A stretch of 45,112 bases of DNA from Porticoccaceae bacterium (GTDB taxonomy: Bacteria > Pseudomonadota > Gammaproteobacteria > Pseudomonadales > Porticoccaceae): positions 151,322 through 196,433 of the forward strand of contig NVXH01000007.1 in NCBI GenBank assembly GCA_002746985.1, given 5' to 3'. The notes beneath the pieces were generated by a model. That model saw nothing but the letters and a program-made list of their open reading frames with translations. It did not search any database and had not been told where the DNA came from. The translations under genes and the position numbers were made by a program. Each line of letters starts with the position of its first letter. Position 1 is the stretch's first letter. Below are positions 37,285-45,112 of this stretch, in pieces.

Positions 37285-37409
37285 CGAATTTCTGTATAAA
37301 AGAGCGCATTCCTGTCACTTATCCTTATGTAGGTGTGTAATCACCGGGTTTAAGCTGCTAATCAGAGTGCGCTTTGATAAGATGCGCCCATTTTAAGTCG
37401 GAAATCCCC

Positions 37410-38978
37410 ATGTTTAGTTTGATCGTTAGCAAAGAATCCAATGTAAAGAATGATTTACTCTCTGGATTGACCGTTGCTTTGGCATTAGTGCCGGAGGCGG
37501 TAGCCTTTGCTTTTGTGGCTGGGGTTGCGCCCATGGTGGGGATGTATGCAGCCTTTATGATGGGTTTGGTTGCTGCTGTATTCGGTGGTCGCCCTGGTAT
37601 GATTTCAGGTGCCACTGGTGCTATGGCCGTTGTGGTAGTTGCTTTGGTGGCTAGTCACGGAGTGCAATATCTATTTGCCGCTGTGCTATTGGCTGGCGTG
37701 TTTCAAATTCTGTTCGGTGTGTTTCATCTGGGAAAATTTATTCGTTTGGTTCCCTACCCTGTGATGTTGGGCTTTGTTAATGGTTTGGCCATCGTTATTT
37801 TTCTGGCCCAGCTTGATCAATTTAAAGTGCCTGATGCTTCGGGTGTGCTTACATGGATGATGGGTGGCGAGCTGTACTTGATGTTGGGCCTGGTAATTTT
37901 AACCATGGCGATTATCCAGTATTTGCCCCGATTAACCACGGCTGTGCCTGCGTCTCTGGTCGCTATTATTATGGTGACGTTGATGGTTCATGGCCTTGAT
38001 ATTGATACTCGAACCGTTATTGATTTTGTTCGGGGTATGTTGCCAGTAGATCAGCAGGCATCGGCAAGTCTTGAAGGTGAGCTGCCAAGCTTTGCGATAC
38101 CGATGGTGCCGTTCACGTTAGAGACATTACGTGTTATCGGGCCCTATGCCATCATTTTGGCATTGGTCGGCCTGATCGAGTCGCTTTTAACCCTGTCATT
38201 GATTGATGATCTTACTAATACCCGTGGGCGAGGAAATCGTGAATGTATTGGCCAGGGGTTGGGGAATACCATTAATGGATTCTTCGGTGGTATGGGCGGT
38301 TGTGCCATGATTGGCCAGAGTATGATCAATATTAATTCTGGTGGGCGGGGACGTTTATCGGGAATTACGGCAGCATTAGTTTTGCTGGCTTGTATTCTTT
38401 TTGTGTCTGACCTGATTGAAATGATTCCCCTGGCGGTATTAGTGGGTGTCATGTTTATGGTGGTGTTGGGCACCTTTGAGTGGGCTTCGTTTCGAATTTT
38501 TCGTGCTATGCAGCGCAGTGATGCGTTTATCTCCATATTGGTTGCTGCTGTTACCGTGTTTACTGATCTGGCTATTGCAGTAATTGTTGGTGTGATTGTT
38601 TCTGCACTGGTGTTTGCATGGCAGCATGCCAAGCATATTTCTGTTTCTACCTATACGGATGAAGATGGCTGGAAAGTTTACGAACTGGATGGCCCCATAT
38701 TTTTTGGGTCAGTTAGCAACTTTAAAGAGTTATTCTCTCCTGAGACGGACCCTGATGATGTAGTGATCGAATTTAAAAATGCACGGGTATCAGACTCCTC
38801 TGCCATTGAAGCACTACATGGGTTAGCTCATAAGTATAAAAAATGCGGCAAAAAACTACACCTTCGCCACCTAAGTCAGGATTGTTTACAGTTGTTAGAT
38901 GATGCCGCTCGTTATGTGGAAATAAACATCAATGAAGACCCACGTTATAAAGTGGCAACTGATGCATATGATGACTAA
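37410..38978 (+). CDS. SulP/SLC26 family anion transporter (second, different subfamily)
   Basis: '[19 protein letters not shown]', '[13 protein letters not shown]', '[12 protein letters not shown]', STAS domain ('GPIFFGS'). ATG 37410 preferred. Confidence 0.92.
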   Translation: MFSLIVSKESNVKNDLLSGLTVALALVPEAVAFAFVAGVAPMVGMYAAFMMGLVAAVFGGRPGMISGATGAMAVVVVALVASHGVQYLFAAVLLAGVFQILFGVFHLGKFIRLVPYPVMLGFVNGLAIVIFLAQLDQFKVPDASGVLTWMMGGELYLMLGLVILTMAIIQYLPRLTTAVPASLVAIIMVTLMVHGLDIDTRTVIDFVRGMLPVDQQASASLEGELPSFAIPMVPFTLETLRVIGPYAIILALVGLIESLLTLSLIDDLTNTRGRGNRECIGQGLGNTINGFFGGMGGCAMIGQSMININSGGRGRLSGITAALVLLACILFVSDLIEMIPLAVLVGVMFMVVLGTFEWASFRIFRAMQRSDAFISILVAAVTVFTDLAIAVIVGVIVSALVFAWQHAKHISVSTYTDEDGWKVYELDGPIFFGSVSNFKELFSPETDPDDVVIEFKNARVSDSSAIEALHGLAHKYKKCGKKLHLRHLSQDCLQLLDDAARYVEININEDPRYKVATDAYDD

Positions 38979-39049
38979 TAGTTTTGTTGTTTCGACGTAA
39001 TGTGCTTCATTGAAGCCCGATTATTTTGAGTCATCTTATCTAAACTATT

Positions 39050-40822
39050 TTATCTGGAAGCCTTTTGTCTAGAACCGATGATCTTACGGGTTAAAGCGCG
39101 GGCTAGGTATCGTGCTTTTGTGGTTCTGTCAGAGCGTTGGTATTTGGTTTTAAGCGTGCCTTCCATAAAAGCTGTGTGTTTGCTGTAATCAATATAAACA
39201 TCTACCAGCACGGGTTTGTTGTCTAATGTCAGCTTAAAGGCCGTATCTAGGGCTGGCTGTAGCTGGTCGTCATCTTCTATGGCGACATATTCACAGCCCA
39301 TGGCATGGGCAAAAGATATCCAGTCAGCATCCCCCAATGTGGCACATGTCATCCGTTTGTAGGACATTTCCTGTACAACTTCTCCCAGTTCTCCGTCGTT
39401 AAACAGAAAGTAGATGACCCCAAGACCATATTTGTTTGCTGTGATGGCCTCCATTCCAGACATTAACATTGCACCGTCACCGACGATGCCTATTACGGTG
39501 TAATCTGGGTGAGTGAGCTTCAATGCATTCACGGCAGGAACGCAATAACCCATGGCATTAAAACCTGTAGGGGATATAAACCCACCTACTTGATTGATAG
39601 GTAATAGTTCCGCAGTAAGTATGGTGTGGTTGCCATCATCACAGGCTATTAATGTCTTTTCAGGAAGCCTCTCTTTTAAGGCTGAAAAGAAATTGGCTGG
39701 ATTAACCCGGTTAGTTTTATGTTTCTGCCAGAGTGCTATGTAGTCATCTTTATCAGAAGAAATTTGTTGGATGAGCTCTTTGTGGTCTCGTGGCTTTGGC
39801 TGTATTTCGATAATTCTTTTGAGTAGTGCTTTAAGTAGTGTAGAGGCATCACCTTGCAGCGTAATTGTGGTGGGCTGGCTGGTATCAAAGACCGCTGGAT
39901 TTATGTCGAGGTGAATAATGTTTTTTGGCGGGGTAATACCAAAGGTCCCAGTGGACGTTTCAGAGAAGCGAGCACCTACAACTAACATACAGTCACATTG
40001 TTCAAAAGCATGCTGGGCAGCCGGTACTGCTGAGGGCCCAAAGCCCATGCCGGTGTGTAGTGGGTGGCTGGCAGGACAAACACTCAACCCTTGTAATGTT
40101 GTCGCGATGGGGGCTCCCAAGTGTGACGCCAGTATTTGAATCAATTTGGATGCATTTTTTGCACCCCAGCCAACAAATATCCCGGGGCTTTCGGCATCGA
40201 GTAGCATATTAGCTATGTGATCAATTTCGGTGCTGTCTATGGGTGGCCCAACTATAGCCAAGCCATCTGTAGACGATGTTGTTAATCCGGCTTCAAGGCT
40301 GGGTAATTCCCCTGTTTCTTCATGACACAGTTGAAGGTTAAGTGGAATTTCAATGAATACGGGGCCGGGTTCACCCTCCAGTGCTGTGCGATATGCTTCA
40401 AAAATAGTAGGGACAATGTCGCAGTGATTTTTAATTAGGAACGATGTTTTGGTGATGGGGGCGATTAAGGCATGCAGGTCAATTTTTTGCTGAGCAGGGT
40501 GGTTGGAATTTTGATCCACACCGCCAGATATAACGAGCATGGGTATACCATCAAAAAAGGCTTCCCCAATACCACTGGCTGCATGCGTGATGCCAGAATC
40601 AGGAACAATGACCAGAGTGCCAATAGTATTAGTAGTACGGCTGACAGCATCGGCCATAAAGGCTGCTGAAGCTTCATGAGTAACCAGGCAGGGAGTAATT
40701 ATTTCTGATTGGTCCAGCTCATGATAGATTTCCGTATTGTGTTCACCTGGGATACCAAAGGTATGGGTGACACCAATGCTTTCCAATGCATATCGGGTAA
40801 GCCACGCCCCACTTTTTTTCAC
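39050..40822 (-). CDS. ThDP-dependent enzyme, acetolactate synthase large-subunit-like
   Basis: 'FGIPGEH', 'THEASAAFMADAVSRT', ThDP motif 'GDGAMLM...FNDG'. Confidence 0.85.
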   Translation of the reverse strand: MKKSGAWLTRYALESIGVTHTFGIPGEHNTEIYHELDQSEIITPCLVTHEASAAFMADAVSRTTNTIGTLVIVPDSGITHAASGIGEAFFDGIPMLVISGGVDQNSNHPAQQKIDLHALIAPITKTSFLIKNHCDIVPTIFEAYRTALEGEPGPVFIEIPLNLQLCHEETGELPSLEAGLTTSSTDGLAIVGPPIDSTEIDHIANMLLDAESPGIFVGWGAKNASKLIQILASHLGAPIATTLQGLSVCPASHPLHTGMGFGPSAVPAAQHAFEQCDCMLVVGARFSETSTGTFGITPPKNIIHLDINPAVFDTSQPTTITLQGDASTLLKALLKRIIEIQPKPRDHKELIQQISSDKDDYIALWQKHKTNRVNPANFFSALKERLPEKTLIACDDGNHTILTAELLPINQVGGFISPTGFNAMGYCVPAVNALKLTHPDYTVIGIVGDGAMLMSGMEAITANKYGLGVIYFLFNDGELGEVVQEMSYKRMTCATLGDADWISFAHAMGCEYVAIEDDDQLQPALDTAFKLTLDNKPVLVDVYIDYSKHTAFMEGTLKTKYQRSDRTTKARYLARALTRKIIGSRQKASR

Positions 40823-41058
40823 TGGGTTTCCTCTGTGATTTTTAACGGTAACCGTCTCTTTATAACAGAAATTTATATTACAGAAATCTATTTTACAAAA
40901 ATATGCGTTATTGGTTGGGTTTGGCTACGTCAGGGTATGTGAATAGTTGAGGAAGAAGCTGGCTGGGGGCATAACAGCATATGCCCCGAGTGATGTTTGA
41001 AATCGGGTGATTGGCTGGGGTGTTGTTTTGCTTGGGGGCTGTAGGGTTTTCTGTATTT

Positions 41059-41772
41059 TTAGGACACAGTTCCTGTTGTACGAACCCGCTTGGCACCTTT
41101 TACAACAGGCGCACGTCGTGCCGCATTGCGGTGTTCTATTTTGTCATCAATGATATTTTTTAGGGCAATGAGCATTCCTGCAATAAGGAATGCCCCGGGG
41201 GGAAGTATCGCCACCAAAAAACCATAGCCCTCACCAAATAAATTCAGGGTCCAATTTTCTGCAATGGGGCCAAATAATAGGTGCATGTTGGCAAACAGAG
41301 TGCCGCTGCCAAGAATTTCCCGGATGGTTCCAATGACTAACAGCACAAGACCAAATCCGGCCCCCATCATAAATCCATCCAGGGCCGAAGCTACAACATT
41401 ATTTTTGCTGGCAAAGGCTTCGGCTCGGCCAAGTATGGTGCAGTTGGTTACGATGAGAGGAATAAAAATACCTAATATTAAATACAGCTCATAGGTGAAG
41501 GCTTGCATGAGTAGTTCTGTACAGGTGGTGAAGGTAGCAATAATCATGACAAAAGCTGGAATTTTTACAGCCTCTGATACTTGTTTACGAATCAGGGAAA
41601 CTGCAATATTTGAGCCTACCAAAACCAGCATTGTGGCCAATCCAAGCCCTAGTGCGTTAACGACTGAGCCGGTGACAGCCAAAAGTGGGCACAAACCCAA
41701 AAGTTGTACCAGCGCGGCATTATTTTTCCAAAGTCCATTGGCGGTGATTTCACGATAGGACGTATCAGCCAT
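41059..41772 (-). CDS. rnfE: Rnf/Rsx electron transport complex subunit E
   Basis: '[22 protein letters not shown]', 'IPLIVTNC', 'LPPGAF'. Confidence 0.96.
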   Translation of the reverse strand: MADTSYREITANGLWKNNAALVQLLGLCPLLAVTGSVVNALGLGLATMLVLVGSNIAVSLIRKQVSEAVKIPAFVMIIATFTTCTELLMQAFTYELYLILGIFIPLIVTNCTILGRAEAFASKNNVVASALDGFMMGAGFGLVLLVIGTIREILGSGTLFANMHLLFGPIAENWTLNLFGEGYGFLVAILPPGAFLIAGMLIALKNIIDDKIEHRNAARRAPVVKGAKRVRTTGTVS

Positions 41773-42460
41773 TATCTGGTACCTTCTTGGGTTTTAGGTC
41801 TTTGGTGGGGGCTGGGTTCTCTTGGGCTTCCGCTTGTTGTGCGGCTTTCAAAAGACGCTGTTGATCTTCTTTATAATATTGTAGTGTTTTTAAAACCTGC
41901 TGCACTACTGCACGAGGTGTGATGGTTGCACCGGTAAATTGATCAAAGCTGCCTTTATCTTTTTTTACTTTCCAGTCTTTAAGTTTTGGATTGGTTAAGG
42001 ACTTGCCATTAAAACCAAGAATCCAATTGTGTTTGTTAAGGTCAACCTTGTCACCCAGCCCTGGAGTTTCTTTGTGTGATGTCACTCTAACCCCAGCAAT
42101 GGTGCCATCCACATTGATACCAACAATCATATGTATATCACCGCTGTAACCATCGGGTGCAACGGTGGGGATAATCACGGCTACCAGCTCATTGCCCTTG
42201 CGTGCGATGTTAATGTTGCCACCCTTAATGCCAAGGGTTGGCCAGTACGCAGCAGGGACTTCGAGAGTGTCGACCAGAAGATCATTGTTGTGCCGCTCAA
42301 GTGGGACAATTTCAAGCAGGGCACGTTTGGCAACTTCACGTTTGGCTTCAGCAATGGGCTCTTTTGTTTTCAAATCGGTAAAGGCGAGCAGCGCCGCAGT
42401 AATTAAGGCGAAAAGCCCTAGGGCTAAACTGTTAGAACGGATGGATTTACCTAGCATCAT
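41765..42460 (-). CDS. rnfG: Rnf/Rsx subunit G
   Basis: 'APDGYSGDI', '[10 protein letters not shown]' and FMN-attachment motif TGAT. Confidence 0.95.
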   Translation of the reverse strand: MMLGKSIRSNSLALGLFALITAALLAFTDLKTKEPIAEAKREVAKRALLEIVPLERHNNDLLVDTLEVPAAYWPTLGIKGGNINIARKGNELVAVIIPTVAPDGYSGDIHMIVGINVDGTIAGVRVTSHKETPGLGDKVDLNKHNWILGFNGKSLTNPKLKDWKVKKDKGSFDQFTGATITPRAVVQQVLKTLQYYKEDQQRLLKAAQQAEAQENPAPTKDLKPKKVPDNG

Positions 42461-43540
42461 CTAGTCCTTTTTTTCCGTAGCTCTGCGAGATTTTTGATGA
42501 CCATAAGTGCGTGGTAGCGTGTAATTGTCGATCAGTGGTGCAGCAAAATTCATCAATAGCACAGCAAAAGCAACAGAATCAGGATAGTTGCCCCAACTAC
42601 GAATGATAAAGATCAGCACGCCAATGAGCGCACCGTAAATTAGCCTTCCCCGATTACTGGTCGCGGAAGTTACCGGATCAGTGACAATAAAGAATGCCCC
42701 AAGCATGGTGGCACCGCTCAACAGGTGAAGCAGTGGGGAGCCATGGCTGGTGGAGCTGCCGCCATCATAGAAAAGTGCCGAGCATAATGTCAGAGCGACC
42801 AGCATAGCCACAGGCGCGTGCCATGTGAATATCTTGCGATAAAGCAGGAAGCAGCCGCCAGCAAGGAAACCTAAATTAACCCATTCCCAGCCGAGGCCTG
42901 CCCAATTGCCTTGGCTAAATAGTGGGTCTTTCTGATAAAGCTGCTCCATCAATAGCCCGGTGCTGTGTTTGACCGTATCCAGAGGTGTAGCAGCAGTGAA
43001 TGCATCAATAGTGCCAGTTACAGCCTCTGGGCTTAAAAATGGCAGAACGATTTGAAGTGATTGCCATAACCCAGGGACCGCTGTTCCTGCTTCATACAAT
43101 GGTGCCGGAGCTGGCCATGCGGTCATTTGTACTGGGAACGAAATCAGTAATACCACATACCCTATCATGGCCGGGTTGAATGGGTTGTAACCCAGACCAC
43201 CATAGAGTTGTTTGGCAATAATAATAGCAAAGGCTGTGCCGACAACGGCAATCCACCAGGGTGCGAGGGGGGGGAGTGCCAATCCCAGTAAGACCGCAGT
43301 AACAAGGGCGCTGTAATCTCGTAGGTAAAACATAACCGGGCGTTTGCGCAGATGCATGATACCTGCTTCACACCCAAGCGCCACAATGCTGGCTATACAG
43401 ATATTGATCAGCGTGCCCCAGCCAAAGAAGATGGTAAGTGCTAAGAGCCCCGGGGTGGTTGCCAGGAGCACCAATTGCATCACATTACCGGTATCTTGGG
43501 TTGTGTGAGCATGGGGTGATGTTAGTTTCAGCAGGGCCAT
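42461..43540 (-). CDS. rnfD: Rnf/Rsx subunit D
   Basis: 'SPHAH', '[15 protein letters not shown]', 'ATPLD', '[11 protein letters not shown]', 'GNYPD'. Confidence 0.95.
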   Translation of the reverse strand: MALLKLTSPHAHTTQDTGNVMQLVLLATTPGLLALTIFFGWGTLINICIASIVALGCEAGIMHLRKRPVMFYLRDYSALVTAVLLGLALPPLAPWWIAVVGTAFAIIIAKQLYGGLGYNPFNPAMIGYVVLLISFPVQMTAWPAPAPLYEAGTAVPGLWQSLQIVLPFLSPEAVTGTIDAFTAATPLDTVKHSTGLLMEQLYQKDPLFSQGNWAGLGWEWVNLGFLAGGCFLLYRKIFTWHAPVAMLVALTLCSALFYDGGSSTSHGSPLLHLLSGATMLGAFFIVTDPVTSATSNRGRLIYGALIGVLIFIIRSWGNYPDSVAFAVLLMNFAAPLIDNYTLPRTYGHQKSRRATEKKD

Positions 43541-43552
43541 GGTTGGTGTCCG

Positions 43553-45112
43553 TTAAAGTGTCTGCTCTGACAGTTCTGTTTCAGCAGTTGTCAGCTTGGC
43601 TTGCAGTTTGTCCACGCCAGTACGGAGTGCACTAATTTTATCAGAGTTGTCTTCTGAGTTTTCAGCCTCAATGGCTGTTAACCGGTCTTGCGCTTTTTTC
43701 AGTCGTGTTTTTAAAGACGCTATAGTGGCACGTAATTTATCCTCATCGGACATATTGGCTTGGGCCGCTGCTTTAGCTTGGGCCCTGGCAATAGCAGCAG
43801 AAGCTGCATCTTGTGTTTCCGGTGTTACGGCTTCGGCTGGAGCATCGACAGGTGTTTCAGATAACTGTTGTTCCGCATCGCGTAATTTGGTCTGTTGTTT
43901 GTCTAGCCCTTTTTGTAGCGCAGCTATAAGAACAGCACCCTCGGGAGAGTCTTTTGTAGCGGCCGAAATTTTTTCTTCAGTAACAGTAATGCGCTCTTTT
44001 AAGGTGGAAATTTTCTTTTCGAGCATGTCTGTTGGGCTTGCCTGAATTTTTTCCATCAGGACTTTTGTATCTACAGCTTTTGTCTTGGGATCATCTACCT
44101 GTGTTGGTTTAATATCCTTAAGTTTGGTTTGGGCACCGACAAGTCTAACCCTGGCATCTTCAATGGCGGCCAAGGCTTGTTCTCGTTGTTTGTCCGATGC
44201 ATCTTCCTCTAGTAGCTGAAGTCGTTGCTGTACTGTTTCGAGGTGATTTTCGGCTCGTGCTACACCTCGTTCCAGTTTAGCTTGTTGCTCTTTCGGTGAG
44301 GCTTTTTTCGCCTCAGCACGAGCCATAGCAGCTTTAATAATATCGTCAACACTGGAGGCTGCGGTATCGGAAGCAGTGGTTTTCGAAGACGTTGAGTTGC
44401 TTGCAGTCTTGGCTCGAGCCTGTTCGGCAGCTTTTTTACGTGCTTCTCGTTTTGCCAGCTTGGCGGCTTCTTCTTTTTCCTTGCGGCTTTGTTGGAACTC
44501 AAAACGTTGCCGTGCCCTGTCGGAATCAATTTTTTCTTCCGCCTGTTTTCTCATTTCTCCTTTACTTGCTCGGTAGTACTGAACCAGAGGGATATTGCTG
44601 GGGCAGACATAGGAGCAGGCTCCGCATTCAATGCAGTCAAAAAGGTTTTGTGCCTCAAGCTTGTCATAATTTTTTGATTGGGCATGCCAAAATAGCTGCT
44701 GGGGTAGCAGGCTGGCCGGACATGCCTCTGCACACATGCCGCAGCGAATGCAGGCTTGAGCTAATGGCGGTTCGGGCAGCTCAGTTTTATTTGGCGCTAG
44801 AATACAGTTAGTTGTTTTAATCACCGGAATGTCCGGGTTTTCTAGCGTAAAGCCCATCATTGGGCCACCCATCACTAACCGCGAACATTCACTTTGATCA
44901 AAATGATTGTATTCAAGTAAGTGACTGATCGGCGTGCCGATTAATGTTTGGTAATTTCTATTGGTAGAGCAGGCTTTCCCTGTCACGGTGGTGACCCGTG
45001 AAATTAGTGGTTCACCGCGGGTAATAGCTTGCTGTATGGCGTAGGTGGTACCTACATTTTGGCAGACGATTCCTATGTTAGCGGGGAGTCCACCGTGGGG
45101 TACTTCTTTCCC
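43553..45112 (-). CDS. rnfC: Rnf/Rsx subunit C, 5' end outside the window
   Basis: Frame is open to base 45112 (GKEVPHGGLPANIGIVCQNVGT). Has 'MGGPMMG', two 4Fe-4S motifs (CIRCGMCAEACP, CIECGACSYVCP) and a long helical C-terminal extension. Confidence 0.95.
   Translation of the reverse strand, partial: GKEVPHGGLPANIGIVCQNVGTTYAIQQAITRGEPLISRVTTVTGKACSTNRNYQTLIGTPISHLLEYNHFDQSECSRLVMGGPMMGFTLENPDIPVIKTTNCILAPNKTELPEPPLAQACIRCGMCAEACPASLLPQQLFWHAQSKNYDKLEAQNLFDCIECGACSYVCPSNIPLVQYYRASKGEMRKQAEEKIDSDRARQRFEFQQSRKEKEEAAKLAKREARKKAAEQARAKTASNSTSSKTTASDTAASSVDDIIKAAMARAEAKKASPKEQQAKLERGVARAENHLETVQQRLQLLEEDASDKQREQALAAIEDARVRLVGAQTKLKDIKPTQVDDPKTKAVDTKVLMEKIQASPTDMLEKKISTLKERITVTEEKISAATKDSPEGAVLIAALQKGLDKQQTKLRDAEQQLSETPVDAPAEAVTPETQDAASAAIARAQAKAAAQANMSDEDKLRATIASLKTRLKKAQDRLTAIEAENSEDNSDKISALRTGVDKLQAKLTTAETELSEQTL

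Noticed and set aside
37290-37409. Structured leader or riboswitch upstream of the second sulP (AGCGCATTC/GAGTGCGCT pairing)
   Set aside because: A single possible stem with no recognisable Rfam-type motif; it would need a cmscan hit or covariation.
40966-40987. GGGGCATA/TATGCCCC hairpin after rnfE as an intrinsic terminator
   Set aside because: No U-tract on the coding (minus) strand.

Overview
Window from a gammaproteobacterial chromosome. Gene order is Pseudomonas-like; the taxon cannot be fixed from sequence alone. The core backbone is tolR-tolA-tolB-pal-cpoB-queE-queC-tRNA-Lys(UUU), then nadA, bepA, perM, ptrA, aceE-aceF, deaD, yaiI, a DASS transporter, a SulP, a ThDP enzyme and rnfCDGE (rnfC cut by the window edge). 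Two accessory regions stand out. (1) 5.4-17.1 kb, between tRNA-Lys and nadA: a decayed tyrosine-integrase 3' end next to the tRNA, a persulfide-handling cluster (rhodanese, persulfide dioxygenase, SulP), an eroding Fur-boxed fagA-fumC unit, and a DUF3015/DUF4105/lipoprotein-hydrolase trio. (2) 33.6-37.3 kb: a DUF2130 gene, then an integrase-less integron cassette array (three complete attC sites and one half site) and an orphan gene. These are bracketed by three direct copies of a 47-bp imperfect palindrome (TTAAAGGGGTC...GACCCCTTTAA), and the array is cut mid-cassette at two of the copies. This repeat-bounded module structure is the best candidate for an undescribed system. Family assignments come from recognised motifs and memory; no database search was run.
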